Positions 26,940 through 39,325 are shown, numbered from the stretch's first letter. The stretch: DNA of 41,547 bases from a virus (IMGVR_UViG_2529292882_000020:1-41547), one strand, 5' to 3'. Numbers and translations: made by a program. The notes: generated by a model not told the origin, from the letters alone.

Positions 26940-28761
26940 GCTTAAGGCGTTGATCACCGGTGTCGACAGGCTTTCTCCCGCGCTGTCGAAAATGCAAAAG
27001 AAAATCCGGGGATTTAAACGCCAGGCGGAAGAAGCGTCACAGGGTGGGCTGGCGCTTGGTGGCGGACTGGCAGCGGGTCTGACGCTTTCCCTGAAATCTT
27101 ATGCCGATCAGGAAAACGCCGCCACCGGGCTGAAAGTCGCCATGATGGATGCGAACGGCGAGGTTGGAAAGAGCTTTCAGGACATCAATAAACTGGCTAT
27201 TGGCCTGGGTAACCAGCTACCCGGTACAACGGCTGATTTCCAGAACATGATGCAGATGCTGGTGCGTCAGGGGATCCCGGCAGAAAACATTCTGGGTGGT
27301 GTGGGTAAAGCGACAGCTTATCTTGCGGTACAACTGAAAAAAACACCGGAAGCGGCTGCTGAGTTTGCTGCAAAGATGCAGGATGCTACCGGAACGGCGT
27401 CAGAAGACATGATGGGGCTGTTCGACACTATCCAGAAGGCGTTTTATCTGGGCGTTGACGATACCAACATGTTGTCCTTCTTCACTAAAACCAGTTCTGT
27501 TCTGAAGATGGTGAACAAGGATGGTCTTCAGGCTGCGCAGAGCCTTGCCCCCATCAGCGTCATGATGGATCAGATGGGGATGAACGGGGAGTCGGCAGGT
27601 AATGCCCTGCGAAAAGTTATCCAGTCCGGATTAAGCGTTAAGAAAATCAGGGACGTTAATAAAGTTATGGCCCGCCAGAAACTCGGGGTACAGCTCGATT
27701 TTACTGACGGCAAAGGAAGTTTTGGCGGTCTTGATAACATGTTCAGGCAACTGGCAAAGCTGCGAAAACTGACCGACGTTAAGCGAACAGGTGTACTTAA
27801 GGCAATATTTGGTGATGATGCCGAAACCCTTCAGGTGGTCAATGCACTAATCGATAAAGGAAAGGATGGCTACGATCAGATCCAGCAGAAGATGAATAAA
27901 CAGGCCAGCCTGAATAAACGTGTTCAGGCACAGCTTGGTACGCTGTCCAACCTGTGGGAGGCAATGACAGGGACCGCAACTAACGGCCTTGCGGCTATTG
28001 GCGGCGCATTTTCTGGTGACGCTAAAAATATCACACAATGGCTGGGGGAGTTGGGGGAGAAATTCACGAAGTTTGCGGATGAAAATCCCCGGGTTATTCG
28101 CGGCGTCGTCGGGCTTGCTGCCGGTCTTGCGATTCTGAAACTGGGATTGATGGGCGTGGGCAGTGCCATCAGTATTGTCAGCAGGATCATGTCGATGACG
28201 CCGATTGGAATGATTGCGACGGCGATAGCCCTGGCTGCGGGATTAATTATCACTAACTGGGATGTTGTCGGACCTTATTTCAAGAAGCTCTGGGAAACCA
28301 TTGGTCCTTATTTTGAGGCTGGCTGGGAACTTCTGAAGAAGGTTTTTGCCTGGTCGCCGCTGGGGATGGTAATCAATAACTGGGGACCGGTTGTTAAGTG
28401 GTTTCAGGATATGTGGGACAAACTGAAGCCAATTATTGAGTGGTTTACCGACAGTTCCGGTGACACGGTCGATGCCATTAACTCTGCGCAGTGGGGCGCG
28501 GGTGCTTATGATGCTTATGGGACGGGAATACCGGCACGGGGATACACACCTTATCAGGCGGTAGATCCGGCTCAGTCAAACAACGCCTCCAGTGCCACAG
28601 GCCCGAATCCCTTCATGATTAACAAAGCTTCTGCGCCAAAAGTTGATGGTGAGATCAAGGTCTCTTTTGTGAATTCGCCTCCGGGTATGCGGGTTATGGA
28701 AACGCGATCCAGCGGTTTTGATGTCAGCCATGATGTTGGCTATACGCGCTTTGGCAGGTAA
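26926..28761 (+). CDS. tail tape measure protein
   Basis: 611 aa; Gly/Ala-rich and hydrophobic central region. Confidence 0.8.
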   Translation: MAEFELKALITGVDRLSPALSKMQKKIRGFKRQAEEASQGGLALGGGLAAGLTLSLKSYADQENAATGLKVAMMDANGEVGKSFQDINKLAIGLGNQLPGTTADFQNMMQMLVRQGIPAENILGGVGKATAYLAVQLKKTPEAAAEFAAKMQDATGTASEDMMGLFDTIQKAFYLGVDDTNMLSFFTKTSSVLKMVNKDGLQAAQSLAPISVMMDQMGMNGESAGNALRKVIQSGLSVKKIRDVNKVMARQKLGVQLDFTDGKGSFGGLDNMFRQLAKLRKLTDVKRTGVLKAIFGDDAETLQVVNALIDKGKDGYDQIQQKMNKQASLNKRVQAQLGTLSNLWEAMTGTATNGLAAIGGAFSGDAKNITQWLGELGEKFTKFADENPRVIRGVVGLAAGLAILKLGLMGVGSAISIVSRIMSMTPIGMIATAIALAAGLIITNWDVVGPYFKKLWETIGPYFEAGWELLKKVFAWSPLGMVINNWGPVVKWFQDMWDKLKPIIEWFTDSSGDTVDAINSAQWGAGAYDAYGTGIPARGYTPYQAVDPAQSNNASSATGPNPFMINKASAPKVDGEIKVSFVNSPPGMRVMETRSSGFDVSHDVGYTRFGR

Positions 28762-28784
28762 TGAAAAATTAATCTGTTAATGAG

Positions 28785-28807
28785 TCCCACTTCGGTGGGC
28801 TTTTTTA
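28785..28807 (+). terminator. intrinsic terminator-like hairpin (CCCAC ttcg GTGGG CTTTTTT) inside the tail operon
   Basis: seen directly after the tape measure stop. Confidence 0.5.
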
Positions 28808-28821
28808 TATCCGGAGTTTAT

Positions 28822-30150
28822 ATGACGTGGAAAGACAGGCTTCAGGATGCGTCATTTCGAGGTGTGCCGTTTAAGGTTGAAGAAGAAAGTGCGGGAACCG
28901 GCCGTCGTGTGGAAACACACGAATATCCGAACCGCGACAAGCCCTATACCGAAGATCTGGGAAAAGTCACTTTCCGCCCGTCCATCACAGCTTATGTGGT
29001 GGGAGATGACTGCTTTGACCAGCGCGATCGCCTGATTGAAGCGCTGAATAAACCCGGTCCCGGCACGCTTGTCCACCCGACATATGGTGAGCTGAAAGTC
29101 TGTGTTGACGGGGAAGTTCGGGTCAGCACATCGAAAAGTGAAGGGCGTATTGTCCGCTTTGACCTGAAGTTTGTCGAAGCAGGAGAACTCTCTTACCCCG
29201 CATCAGGTGCGGCGACGGCGCAGACGCTGATGTCATCCTGTTCTGCCCTGGATGACTGCATCAGTGACAGCTTCAGCGGTTTCAGTATCGATGGTGTGGC
29301 GGATTTCGTGCAGAACGACGTTATCGGTAATGCCAGCATAATGCTGGGGTATGTTTCTGATGCGATGAAAGTGGTGGATTCTGCCGTATCGGATGCCGCC
29401 AGGCTGTTGCAGGGGGATATCTCGGTACTTCTGCCGCCGCCATCGTCAGGCAAAAATTTCGTTGAGCAGGTGCAGAAAATGTGGCGTACCGGGAAACGCC
29501 TTTATGGTAACGCCAGCGACCTGGTCACCATGATCAAAACGCTTTCCGGTGTCAGCCTCGGCAGCGATCTGCAACCGCGCGGCGTCTGGAAAACGGACAG
29601 TAAAACCACCGCCACGGCTACGCAGCAGCGTAATGTGGTTGCCAGCACCCTTCGTACGACCGCAATCAGCGAAGCGGCGTATGCCATCACCCGATTGCCT
29701 GCGCCAACAATTTCCGCGGTGATGCAGAATTCCGCAGTGGGGCAGGCAACAACACCTGCGCAGAGCACAGGCTGGCCTTCCGTCACGCATCCGGCACTGA
29801 ACAATGCACCGGCGGTGAAAAACACGGTTGACCTGCCGACGTGGGAAGAACTGACTGACATTCGCGACACACTGAATACGGCAATTGATAAGGAGTTGTC
29901 CCGTACAACCAGTGATGCGCTGTTTCTGGCGCTGCGCCGGGTGAAAGCAGATCTGAATGCGGATATCAACACGCGCCTTGAACAGTCTGCACGGATCATT
30001 CAGCGCACACCGGATGAGGTTTTACCCGCGCTGGTGCTGGCGGCGACCTGGTTTGATAACGCGGCGCGTGACGCGGACATTATCCGGCGTAATGCCATTA
30101 CGCATCCCGGCTTTGTGCCGGTGATCCCTCTGAAGGTGCCAGTGCAATGA
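28822..30150 (+). CDS. Mu N-like DNA circularisation protein
   Basis: ATG 28822 after GGAG; N-terminal MTWKDRLQDASFRGVPF. Confidence 0.65.
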   Translation: MTWKDRLQDASFRGVPFKVEEESAGTGRRVETHEYPNRDKPYTEDLGKVTFRPSITAYVVGDDCFDQRDRLIEALNKPGPGTLVHPTYGELKVCVDGEVRVSTSKSEGRIVRFDLKFVEAGELSYPASGAATAQTLMSSCSALDDCISDSFSGFSIDGVADFVQNDVIGNASIMLGYVSDAMKVVDSAVSDAARLLQGDISVLLPPPSSGKNFVEQVQKMWRTGKRLYGNASDLVTMIKTLSGVSLGSDLQPRGVWKTDSKTTATATQQRNVVASTLRTTAISEAAYAITRLPAPTISAVMQNSAVGQATTPAQSTGWPSVTHPALNNAPAVKNTVDLPTWEELTDIRDTLNTAIDKELSRTTSDALFLALRRVKADLNADINTRLEQSARIIQRTPDEVLPALVLAATWFDNAARDADIIRRNAITHPGFVPVIPLKVPVQ

Positions 30151-31226
30151 ACGATAACGTCACGCTACGGGTAAATGGCCGGGAGTGGAATGGCTGGACA
30201 TCGGTGCGCATCGGTGCCGGTGTTGAACGACTGGCGCGGGATTTCAGTGTGGAGATCACCCGCCAGTGGCCGGGAGATGAGGGTATTACCACGCTTCAGC
30301 CGCGCATTAAAAACGGTTCAAAAGTGGAAGTGCTGATTGGTGATGAGCTGGTGATCACCGGCTGGGTGGAGGCGACGCCCGTTCGTTACGATGCCCGTTC
30401 GGTCAGCACCGGTATTGCCGGACGTAGTCTGACCGCTGATCTGATTGACTGTGCAGCCGAACCGACACAGTTTAACGGACGATCGCTGGTACAGATTGCG
30501 CAGGCGCTTGCTGCGCCTTTCGGCATTGAGGTGGTGAACAGCGGTGCGCCGTCGGGTGTTATTCCTGATGTCCAGCCTGATCACGGTGAAACGGTGATTG
30601 AGGTGATCAACAAAATACTCGGTCAGCAGCAGGCGCTGGCTTACGATGACCCGCACGGCAGGCTGGTGATTGGCGGTATTGGCTCAACGCGGGCACATAC
30701 CGCGCTGGTACTCGGGGAAAACATCCTTTCCTGCGATACGGAGAAGAGTATCCGGGAGCGGTTTTCTGTTTACCAGGTGGCGGGGCAGCGTGCCGGAAAC
30801 GATGATGATTTCGGTGAGGCCACCACCACCGCGCTGCGGGCCCGCACAGAGGACGCATTTATTGCCCGTTACCGTCCGATGTATATCAGGCAGACAGGGC
30901 AGGCTACGGGGGCAGGCTGTATTGCGCGTGCTGACTTTGAAGCCCGGCAACGGGCGGCGCGGACGGATGAAACCACCTATGTGGTGCAGGGCTGGCGACA
31001 GGGTAACGGTACGCTGTGGCAGCCCAACCAGCGGGTGATTGTCTTCGATCCGGTCTGTGGTTTCGATAATACCGAACTGCTTGTTTCGGAAGTCACGTTT
31101 ACTCAGGACCAGAACGGCACCCTGACGGAAATCCGTGTCGGCCCACCTGATGCTTATCTGCCTGAACCCGAAGCCCCCGGCGCGCGGAAAAAGAAAAAAG
31201 CCAGAGTACAGGAGGACCCGTTCTGA
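30147..31226 (+). CDS. baseplate hub protein (Mu P-like)
   Basis: 359 aa; gene order. Confidence 0.65.
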   Translation: MNDNVTLRVNGREWNGWTSVRIGAGVERLARDFSVEITRQWPGDEGITTLQPRIKNGSKVEVLIGDELVITGWVEATPVRYDARSVSTGIAGRSLTADLIDCAAEPTQFNGRSLVQIAQALAAPFGIEVVNSGAPSGVIPDVQPDHGETVIEVINKILGQQQALAYDDPHGRLVIGGIGSTRAHTALVLGENILSCDTEKSIRERFSVYQVAGQRAGNDDDFGEATTTALRARTEDAFIARYRPMYIRQTGQATGAGCIARADFEARQRAARTDETTYVVQGWRQGNGTLWQPNQRVIVFDPVCGFDNTELLVSEVTFTQDQNGTLTEIRVGPPDAYLPEPEAPGARKKKKARVQEDPF

Positions 31227-31774
31227 TGAGGACGATTGAAGCCATGCAGCGACAACTCCTCGGCCTGATTGGGCGGGCAGTGGTGAAAAGCATCAGTGCC
31301 GCCACGAAATGTCAGACCGTGGATGTGTCCCTGATTGCCGGTGAACCTAAAGCCGGGGTTGAACATCTTGAACCCTACGGTTTTACCGCAAGGGCAAACA
31401 GCGGTGCGGAAGCAGTGGTGTTGTTTCCGGATGGTGACCGTTCTCATGCGGTGGTTGTTACGGTGTCGGACCGGCGCTACCGCCTGAAAGGGCTGCAGAC
31501 GGGTGAGGTGGCGGTCTATGACGATCAGGGGCAGTCCGTGACGCTGACCCGGGAGGGGATCGTGGTGGACGGTGCAGGTAAAACGATCACGTTTCGCAAT
31601 TCACTTAAAGCACGTTTTGAAATGGACCTGGAAGTGACAGGACAGGTGAAAGACCTGTGCGACTCCGGCGGCACCACCATGTCAGCGATGCGGCTTGCCT
31701 ATAACGGGCATCGTCACAGAGAGAACGGTCAGGGCAGTAACACCGACAAACCTGATAAAGCGATGGAGGCATGA
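31226..31774 (+). CDS. baseplate spike / assembly protein V (Mu gp45-like)
   Basis: 182 aa; gene order. Confidence 0.65.
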   Translation: MRTIEAMQRQLLGLIGRAVVKSISAATKCQTVDVSLIAGEPKAGVEHLEPYGFTARANSGAEAVVLFPDGDRSHAVVVTVSDRRYRLKGLQTGEVAVYDDQGQSVTLTREGIVVDGAGKTITFRNSLKARFEMDLEVTGQVKDLCDSGGTTMSAMRLAYNGHRHRENGQGSNTDKPDKAMEA

Positions 31775-32199
31775 TGGAACTGTGGCTGACGGTGAACGGT
31801 AAACGCACCTGCGCCAGCGCACCGCTGGATCCGCTGACCCGCGCCGTGGTTATTTCCCTGTTTACCTGGCGGCGGGCGGAGCCTGATGACAACGCCGACG
31901 TCCCGATGGGATGGTGGGGGGATACCTGGCCTGCGGTACAGAATGACCGTTACGGCTCCCGACTGTGGCTGCTTCAGCGCAGCAAACTGACCAATCAGCT
32001 GGTGCAGACGGTAAGGGGGTATATCCGCGAATGCCTGCAATGGATGATTGATGACGGCGTGGTGTCCCGTATTGATCTGGATATCCGCCGCACCGGGATT
32101 AATGAACTGGGTAACAGTATCACTCTCTGGCGTCGTGACGGACCGGTAATGATTTCTTTTGATGATCTGTGGAGTGCGATAACGCATGGCGGACAGTGA
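31771..32199 (+). CDS. baseplate protein (Mu gp46-like)
   Basis: 142 aa; gene order. Confidence 0.6.
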   Translation: MMELWLTVNGKRTCASAPLDPLTRAVVISLFTWRRAEPDDNADVPMGWWGDTWPAVQNDRYGSRLWLLQRSKLTNQLVQTVRGYIRECLQWMIDDGVVSRIDLDIRRTGINELGNSITLWRRDGPVMISFDDLWSAITHGGQ

Positions 32200-33244
32200 A
32201 TTTCAGCGCCCGACGCTGGCAGAAAATATCAGTATGCTCCGTAACGATTTATTCGCCAGGCTGGACGTCAGCGACACGCTCCGGCGCATGGATGAAGACG
32301 TGCGGGCAAAGGTGTATGCGGCAGCGCTGCATACGGTTTACGGGTACATCGATTATCTGGCAATGAACATGCTGCCTGACTTGTGCGATGAGTCCTGGCT
32401 GGCGCGACATGCTGCGATGAAACGATGTCCGCGCAAGGGGGCCACGGCTGCCAGCGGGTATATGCGCTGGGAAGGTGTCAGCGATGGCCTGAAGGTGACC
32501 GCCGGGAGTGTTATTCAGCGCGATGACCTAGTGCAGTACACGGCAACTGCCGATGCAACCAGCTCCGGTGGTGTCCTGCGCGTGCCGATCGCCTGCTCAA
32601 GTGCAGGCGCGGTCGGTAACGCTGACGACGGTACGTCATTAATCCTGGTCACGCCGGTGAATGGTCTGCCGTCTTCCGGCGTGGCAGATACACTGACAGG
32701 TGGATTTGATACTGAAGAGCTGGAAACGTGGCGCGCCCGCGTCATTGAGCGGTATTACTGGACGCCTCAGGGCGGGGCTGACGGGGACTATGTCGTCTGG
32801 GCTAAAGAAGTTCCCGGCATTACCCGCGCATGGACATACCGTCACTGGATGGGAACGGGAACTGTCGGTGTGATGATTGCCAGCAGCGACCTGATTAATC
32901 CCATTCCGGAAGAATCAACGGAAACGGCGGCAAGACAACATATCGGGCCACTGGCCCCGGTGGCAGGCTCTGATTTGTATGTGTTCAGGCCGGTGGCACA
33001 TACGGTGGATTTTCATATCCGCGTGACGCCGGACACACCGGAAATACGGGCTGCCATCACCGCGGAGTTGCGTTCGTTCCTGCTGCGTGATGGTTATCCG
33101 CAGGGAGAACTGAAGGTATCGCGTATCAGTGAGGCGATTTCCGGTGCGAACGGGGAATACAGCCATCAGTTGCTTACACCGGCAGACAATATCTCCATTG
33201 CAAAAAATGAACTGGCGGTACTGGGGACGATTTCATGGACGTGA
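32186..33244 (+). CDS. baseplate J-like protein (Mu gp47-like)
   Basis: 352 aa; gene order. Confidence 0.75.
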   Translation: MADSEFQRPTLAENISMLRNDLFARLDVSDTLRRMDEDVRAKVYAAALHTVYGYIDYLAMNMLPDLCDESWLARHAAMKRCPRKGATAASGYMRWEGVSDGLKVTAGSVIQRDDLVQYTATADATSSGGVLRVPIACSSAGAVGNADDGTSLILVTPVNGLPSSGVADTLTGGFDTEELETWRARVIERYYWTPQGGADGDYVVWAKEVPGITRAWTYRHWMGTGTVGVMIASSDLINPIPEESTETAARQHIGPLAPVAGSDLYVFRPVAHTVDFHIRVTPDTPEIRAAITAELRSFLLRDGYPQGELKVSRISEAISGANGEYSHQLLTPADNISIAKNELAVLGTISWT

Positions 33245-33819
33245 CAAACGATGATTACATCCGTCTGTTGTCGGCACTGTTGCCCCCCGGTCCGGCGTGG
33301 TCAGCCAGCGATCCGGCGATTGCCGGTGCGGCACCGTCATTAACCCGCGTTCATCAGCGTGCGGATGCCCTGATGCGGGAGCTGGATCCGCGCACCACCA
33401 CTGAACTGATAAACCGCTGGGAGCGTCTGTGCGGTCTGCCGGATGAATGTATTCCGGCGGGAACGCAGACCCTTCGCCAGCGTCAGCAACGGCTGGATGC
33501 GAAGGTTAACCTGGCGGGCGGCATCAACGAGGATTTTTATCTTGCACAGCTTGCTGCCCTGGGCAGACCAGATGCCACCATCACGCGATACGACAAAAGC
33601 ACTTTCACCTGCTCATCGGCCTGTACTGACGCGGTGAATGCGCCGGAATGGCGGTATTACTGGCAGGTCAACATGCCAGCCACCACCAACTCCACCTGGA
33701 TGACATGTAGCGATCCCTGTGATTCCGCACTGCGTATCTGGGGTGACACCGTTGTTGAGTGTGTGCTTAACAAACTCTGCCCGTCGCATACCTACGTAAT
33801 TTTTAAATATCCGGAGTAA
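33235..33819 (+). CDS. tail protein (Mu gp48 / DUF2313-like)
   Basis: 194 aa; gene order. Confidence 0.6.
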   Translation: MDVTNDDYIRLLSALLPPGPAWSASDPAIAGAAPSLTRVHQRADALMRELDPRTTTELINRWERLCGLPDECIPAGTQTLRQRQQRLDAKVNLAGGINEDFYLAQLAALGRPDATITRYDKSTFTCSSACTDAVNAPEWRYYWQVNMPATTNSTWMTCSDPCDSALRIWGDTVVECVLNKLCPSHTYVIFKYPE

Positions 33820-33822
33820 TCC

Positions 33823-34620
33823 ATGCATCGCATAGACACTAAAACCGCGCAGAAGGATAAGTTCGGCGCGGGTAAGAACGGTTTTACTCGTGGTAACCCC
33901 CAGACCGGCACACCTGCCACCGATCTGGATGATGACTACTTTGATATGTTGCAGGAAGAACTCTGCAGCGTGGTGGAGGCATCCGGTGCCAGCCTGGAGA
34001 AGGCGCGGCACGACCAGTTGCTTACCGCGCTTCGTGCGCTGCTGTTAAGCCGCAAGAATCCGTTTGGCGATATCAAATCGGATGGCACGGTGAAAACGGC
34101 TCTCGAAAACCTTGGTTTGGGAGAAGGCTCTGCATTACCGGTTGGGGTGCCTGTTCCGTGGCCTTCAGCCACTCCACCGACAGGCTGGCTGAAATGCAAT
34201 GGTGCGGCTTTTTCTGCTGAAGAATACCCGAAACTGGCAAAGGCTTACCCGACCAATAAATTGCCTGATTTACGCGGTGAGTTTATTCGTGGCTGGGATG
34301 ATTCTAGAGGGATTGATACGGGGCGTTCATTGCTAAGTGGTCAGGCTGCAACATTTATTCGTACAGCTTTGCAGGATTATTACGGTTACGATCTGAATAC
34401 TAATGTCAAAGTAGGTATCGCTTTTGCTACTGCTGATTCTGTTATAACTGTTGGAAACCCAGCTAATCCTAAAGCAGGAAATAATAGCGATTATGTTCCT
34501 GCATCAGCAGATAACTCCATAACGGGTACTCAAAGGACAGCGGAGGATAATTTTACCGGGGCATGGATATCAATGCGCCCTCGTAACCTTTCATTTAATT
34601 ACATCGTGAGGGCTGCATAA
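33823..34620 (+). CDS. tail fibre protein (constant N-terminus + currently expressed variable C-terminus)
   Basis: 265 aa; crossover site lies inside the gene at 34107-34126 (encodes ENLGLGE). Confidence 0.7.
   Translation: MHRIDTKTAQKDKFGAGKNGFTRGNPQTGTPATDLDDDYFDMLQEELCSVVEASGASLEKARHDQLLTALRALLLSRKNPFGDIKSDGTVKTALENLGLGEGSALPVGVPVPWPSATPPTGWLKCNGAAFSAEEYPKLAKAYPTNKLPDLRGEFIRGWDDSRGIDTGRSLLSGQAATFIRTALQDYYGYDLNTNVKVGIAFATADSVITVGNPANPKAGNNSDYVPASADNSITGTQRTAEDNFTGAWISMRPRNLSFNYIVRAA
34107..34126. repeat. left inversion crossover site (AAACCTTGGTTTGGGAGAAG)
   Basis: 19/20 inverted match to 36020-36039. Confidence 0.7.
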
Positions 34621-35222
34621 TGGATAATGCCGTATTAAATAGCGAGTTTATTGCCACGAAGGCGGGGGATATTACTGTCTATAATTATAATGGTGAAACA
34701 CGAGAATATATTTCCACATCAACTGAATATCTTGCTGTTGGTGTCGGTATTCCGGCATGTTCCTGTTTAGATGCACCAGGAACATATAAAGCTGGTTATG
34801 CCATCTGCCGCTCTGCGGATTTAAACTCATGGGAATATGTGCCAGACCATCGCGGAGAAATCGTCTATAACACCGAAACGGGAGACGCCAAAGAAATCAC
34901 AACTCCGGGTGATTACCCCGAAAATACAACCACTATCGCCCCATTAACGCCATACGATAAATGGGATGGTGAGAAATGGGTGACCGATACTGAGGCACAG
35001 CATCACGCCGCAGTAGACGCGGCAGAAGCACAGCGTCAGTCACTGATTGATACTGCAATGGCTTCCATTAGTCTGATTCAGCTGAAATTACAGGCCGGGC
35101 GGAAACTGACGCAGGCAGAAACAACCCGGCTTAACGCTGTGCTGGATTACATTGACGCGGTGACGGCAACAGATACCAGCATCGCGCCTGATGTCATCTG
35201 GCCTGAGCTGCCGGAGGCGTAG
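34620..35222 (+). CDS. tail fibre assembly chaperone (current orientation)
   Basis: 200 aa; conserved C-terminal ...DYIDAVTATDTSIAPDVIWPELPEA. Confidence 0.7.
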   Translation: MDNAVLNSEFIATKAGDITVYNYNGETREYISTSTEYLAVGVGIPACSCLDAPGTYKAGYAICRSADLNSWEYVPDHRGEIVYNTETGDAKEITTPGDYPENTTTIAPLTPYDKWDGEKWVTDTEAQHHAAVDAAEAQRQSLIDTAMASISLIQLKLQAGRKLTQAETTRLNAVLDYIDAVTATDTSIAPDVIWPELPEA

Positions 35223-35637
35223 GCCATTCAATATCGGGTGCTGTTGACGTATCAACACGCATCAGCAGCACACGGTATTTCTTCCATTCGGTGAGAATTG
35301 AAGTTTCTTCATCAGTTGCGATACCAGCATCAACAGCATCCTGACGCCAGGATATTTCACTGTCAGCTTTTGCACGAAATGTGGCTTTCATGTTTTCTGC
35401 ATCTGATATTTTCTGTTCTGGTGAAAGCGGCGGCTCATCAACCCATGCAAGAGCCCCTGAAACCATTCCCAGCATTTTTCCTGTTGGCTTATTTCCCCCA
35501 TTAAATCTGACAGCATCCTCATCGCTGATTTCAATACCATCCTGCGGCCATGTCCCCTCCTTGATATAACTTTCATATAGCGCTGCGTTGTAGATTGCAT
35601 TTTCGGACGGGCTGTAAACACTTTTAACTTTATTCAT
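35194..35637 (-). CDS. alternative tail fibre assembly chaperone (inverted orientation)
   Basis: 147 aa; C-terminal ...VDTSTAPDIEWPTPPAAQAR mirrors the plus-strand chaperone. Confidence 0.65.
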   Translation of the reverse strand: MNKVKSVYSPSENAIYNAALYESYIKEGTWPQDGIEISDEDAVRFNGGNKPTGKMLGMVSGALAWVDEPPLSPEQKISDAENMKATFRAKADSEISWRQDAVDAGIATDEETSILTEWKKYRVLLMRVDTSTAPDIEWPTPPAAQAR

Positions 35638-35641
35638 TCTG

Positions 35642-36039
35642 TTATCTCCCTTTCGCTATATAGCAAAGATTAAACCCACCGGCGCCTGACATACGGGCTG
35701 TAAAACCCGTTCTTGAAGTACCAGTTGAGTTAACTCCATAAGCAGGCATGGTTGTTGGAGAAAGCAGAGACTCCTGGATATCTGTCATTGTCAGTGTAAT
35801 TGATTCGACACGCGCGGGGAAAGGTAGCGGGAAAACAACATTCACCCCTGTCTGTCCAACGGGGAAACCGAAAATACCCCATTGTGTAATTACCCCATCC
35901 GGCCCCTTACTCCATCCAGATTTACTATTCGGCCAGTCTGCTGCTCCAGAGTACCCCGTTGTAAAACTACTCATATCTGGTACTTGCCCGGTATCCGTTC
36001 CGACGTGCCTCGTTGCTGCTTCTCCCAAACCAACGTTTA
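35642..36039 (-). CDS. alternative tail fibre variable C-terminal segment (needs inversion to acquire an N-terminus)
   Basis: minus-strand frame reads NVGLGE across the right crossover site, in register with ENLGLGE in the plus-strand fibre gene. Confidence 0.55.
36020..36039. repeat. right inversion crossover site (CTTCTCCCAAACCAACGTTT)
   Basis: inverted copy of the 34107-34126 site. Confidence 0.7.
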
Positions 36040-36099
36040 TGAAAATGCAGAAATAACGAGCAAATGGCATCATTCCTGCTTTTGTCAGAGGGATCCACT

Positions 36100-36654
36100 A
36101 TGCTTATTGGCTATGTACGCGTATCAACAAATGACCAGAACACCGATCTACAACGTAATGCGTTGAACTGTGCAGGATGTGAGCTGATTTTTGAAGACAA
36201 GATAAGCGGTACAAAGTCCGACAGACCAGGACTGAAAAAGCTGCTCAGGACATTATCGGCAGGTGACACGCTGGTGGTCTGGAAACTGGACCGACTGGGA
36301 CGCAGTATGCGGCATCTTGTCGTGCTGGTGGAGGAGTTGCGCGAACGAGGCATCAACTTTCGTAGTCTGACGGATTCAATTGATACCAGTACCCCAATGG
36401 GGCGCTTTTTCTTTCATGTGATGGGTGCCCTGGCTGAAATGGAGCGTGAACTGATTGTTGAACGAACAAAAGCTGGACTGGAAGCAGCTCGCGCACAGGG
36501 ACGAATTGGTGGACGTCGCCCCAAACTTACACCAGAACAATGGGAGCAGGCTGGACGATTAATTGCATCAGGCGTTCCTCGCCAGAAGGTGGCGATCATC
36601 TATGATGTTGGTATATCGACACTGTATAAGAAGTTTCCGGTCGGAGATAAATGA
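36100..36654 (+). CDS. pin: serine DNA invertase (Hin/Gin/Pin family)
   Basis: MLIGYVRVSTNDQNTDLQ... catalytic Ser in YVRVST; C-terminal HTH; GAGGGA RBS. Confidence 0.9.
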   Translation: MLIGYVRVSTNDQNTDLQRNALNCAGCELIFEDKISGTKSDRPGLKKLLRTLSAGDTLVVWKLDRLGRSMRHLVVLVEELRERGINFRSLTDSIDTSTPMGRFFFHVMGALAEMERELIVERTKAGLEAARAQGRIGGRRPKLTPEQWEQAGRLIASGVPRQKVAIIYDVGISTLYKKFPVGDK

Positions 36655-36694
36655 AACCGTAGCACGTCGTATGCAAGAAGATCGTGCTGCGGTT
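36653..36694. repeat. cassette-boundary hairpin repeat, copy A
   Basis: GAAACCGTAGCACGTCGTATGCAAGAAGATCGTGCTGCGGTT; starts inside the pin stop codon. Confidence 0.7.
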
Positions 36695-36714
36695 TATGCT
36701 TATCACTTAAAGAC

Positions 36715-37584
<870 letters not shown>

Positions 37585-37674
37585 CTAAGCCTTTGAATTT
37601 ACATAGTACAAAAAAGATACTTTTCCTCATAATGTGAGCTAATTTTATGTTTCGTTTGATGATTGGACCGGTCT

Positions 37675-37700
37675 CGAAAACCGTAGGCACGTAGTATGCG
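37675..37700. repeat. cassette-boundary repeat, partial copy C (left arm only)
   Basis: CGAAAACCGTAGGCACGTAGTATGCG, about 22/26 match to the left half of copies A and B. Confidence 0.5.
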
Positions 37701-37891
37701 TTAATTTATGAACAAACTACTTGTCTGCTGTTTTTCTGTCATTAGTCGTATATAGAATAATTCTCTATGCCTAACAAAGCATCACCAGTGCTAGATTACG
37801 TTGTAGTCACTGTTTAAATATCCAGATAAAACATTTCCTTCTGGGTTGAATGAGTGATAGAGTTTCACCCATTAGACCCCTTGGAGGAATT

Positions 37892-39325
37892 ATGTCTGAA
37901 TTTGAAGTGTTGGCACAGCATCTGCTGAAGGAAGCCGAGGCGGAAGAAAAGCTGCGACAGGAAAATGATAAAAAGCTTATCGAGAAAGTGCTGGAAATCT
38001 ATGATCAGAAGTATGTGGCTGAATTACTGAGAAAAGTCGGAAAAAATGAGTGGAGCCGTGAAACCATCAACCGCTGGATTAATGGCAAGTGTTTACCAAA
38101 ATCGTTGACTTCAGTAGAAGAGTCTCTTCTGCGTAAGATGCTACCAGAACCACCTGCAAACCATCCGGAATATGCTTTCCGCTTCATTGACTTATTTGCT
38201 GGAATTGGAGGGATACGGAAAGGTTTTGAGGCCATTGGAGGCCAGTGTGTTTTTACCAGTGAATGGAATAAAGATGCTGTGCGTACATACAAGGCCAACT
38301 GGTTTAACGATGAACAGGTGCATAAATTCAATCTCGATATTCGGGAAGTCACGCTGAGTGATAAAACCGATGTATTGGAAACGGATGCTTATGCATATAT
38401 TGATGAGCATGTGCCGGATCATGATGTGCTTCTTGCGGGGTTCCCGTGCCAGCCATTTAGCCTTGCTGGTGTTAGTAAGAAAAACTCACTTGGTCGTGCG
38501 CATGGTTTTGAATGTGAAGCACAAGGAACACTTTTTTTTGACGTGGCACGTATTATACGAGCAAAAAAACCGGCAATTTTTGTGCTGGAAAATGTCAAAA
38601 ATCTGAAGAGCCATGATAAGGGTAAAACTTTCAAAGTCATTATGGAGACCCTTGACGAGCTGGGCTACGAAGTTGCCGATGCTGCAGAAATGGGAAAAAA
38701 CGATCCAAAGATTATCGATGGGAAGCATTTTTTGCCTCAGCATCGTGAACGCATTGTTCTGGTCGGATTTAGACGAGATCTGAATATTCACAAGGGGTTT
38801 ACCTTGCGTGATATCAGTCGTTTTTATCCGGAACACCGCCCATCATTTGGTGAATTGCTGGAGCCTGTAGTCGACAGTAAATATATACTTACGCCAAAAC
38901 TATGGGAGTACCTTTATAACTACGCCAAAAAGCATGCAGCCAAGGGGAATGGTTTTGGCTTTGGGTTGGTCAATCCTGAGAATAAGGAAAGCATTGCACG
39001 CACACTTTCTGCCAGATATCACAAAGACGGATCAGAAATTCTTATTGATCGTGGTTGGGATATGGCAACGGGAGAGGCTGACTTTATGAATGAGAGTAAC
39101 CAGGCTCGTCGACCACGCAGGCTGACTCCCCGAGAGTGCGCACGCCTTATGGGGTTTGAAAAACCTGGAGGGAAACCATTCCGTATTCCGGTTTCAGATA
39201 CTCAGTCATATCGGCAGTTCGGTAACTCCGTTGTGGTGCCAGTATTTGAAGCCGTTGCCAGACTTCTGGAACCCTATATCCTCAAAGCTGTTTCTGCTGA
39301 TGCTGGTAAGACTGGGCAGCCTTGA
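37892..39325 (+). CDS. DNA cytosine-5 methyltransferase, EcoRII/Dcm type (CCWGG predicted)
   Basis: 477 aa from ATG 37892 (GGAGG RBS); [45 protein letters not shown] motifs. Confidence 0.85.
   Translation: MSEFEVLAQHLLKEAEAEEKLRQENDKKLIEKVLEIYDQKYVAELLRKVGKNEWSRETINRWINGKCLPKSLTSVEESLLRKMLPEPPANHPEYAFRFIDLFAGIGGIRKGFEAIGGQCVFTSEWNKDAVRTYKANWFNDEQVHKFNLDIREVTLSDKTDVLETDAYAYIDEHVPDHDVLLAGFPCQPFSLAGVSKKNSLGRAHGFECEAQGTLFFDVARIIRAKKPAIFVLENVKNLKSHDKGKTFKVIMETLDELGYEVADAAEMGKNDPKIIDGKHFLPQHRERIVLVGFRRDLNIHKGFTLRDISRFYPEHRPSFGELLEPVVDSKYILTPKLWEYLYNYAKKHAAKGNGFGFGLVNPENKESIARTLSARYHKDGSEILIDRGWDMATGEADFMNESNQARRPRRLTPRECARLMGFEKPGGKPFRIPVSDTQSYRQFGNSVVVPVFEAVARLLEPYILKAVSADAGKTGQP

Noticed and set aside
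37892-39325. Interpretation of the cytosine methyltransferase as the host dcm gene
   Set aside because: It is paired with an EcoRII-like endonuclease, lies inside the prophage and has no vsr next to it; better explained as the methylase of an R-M system.
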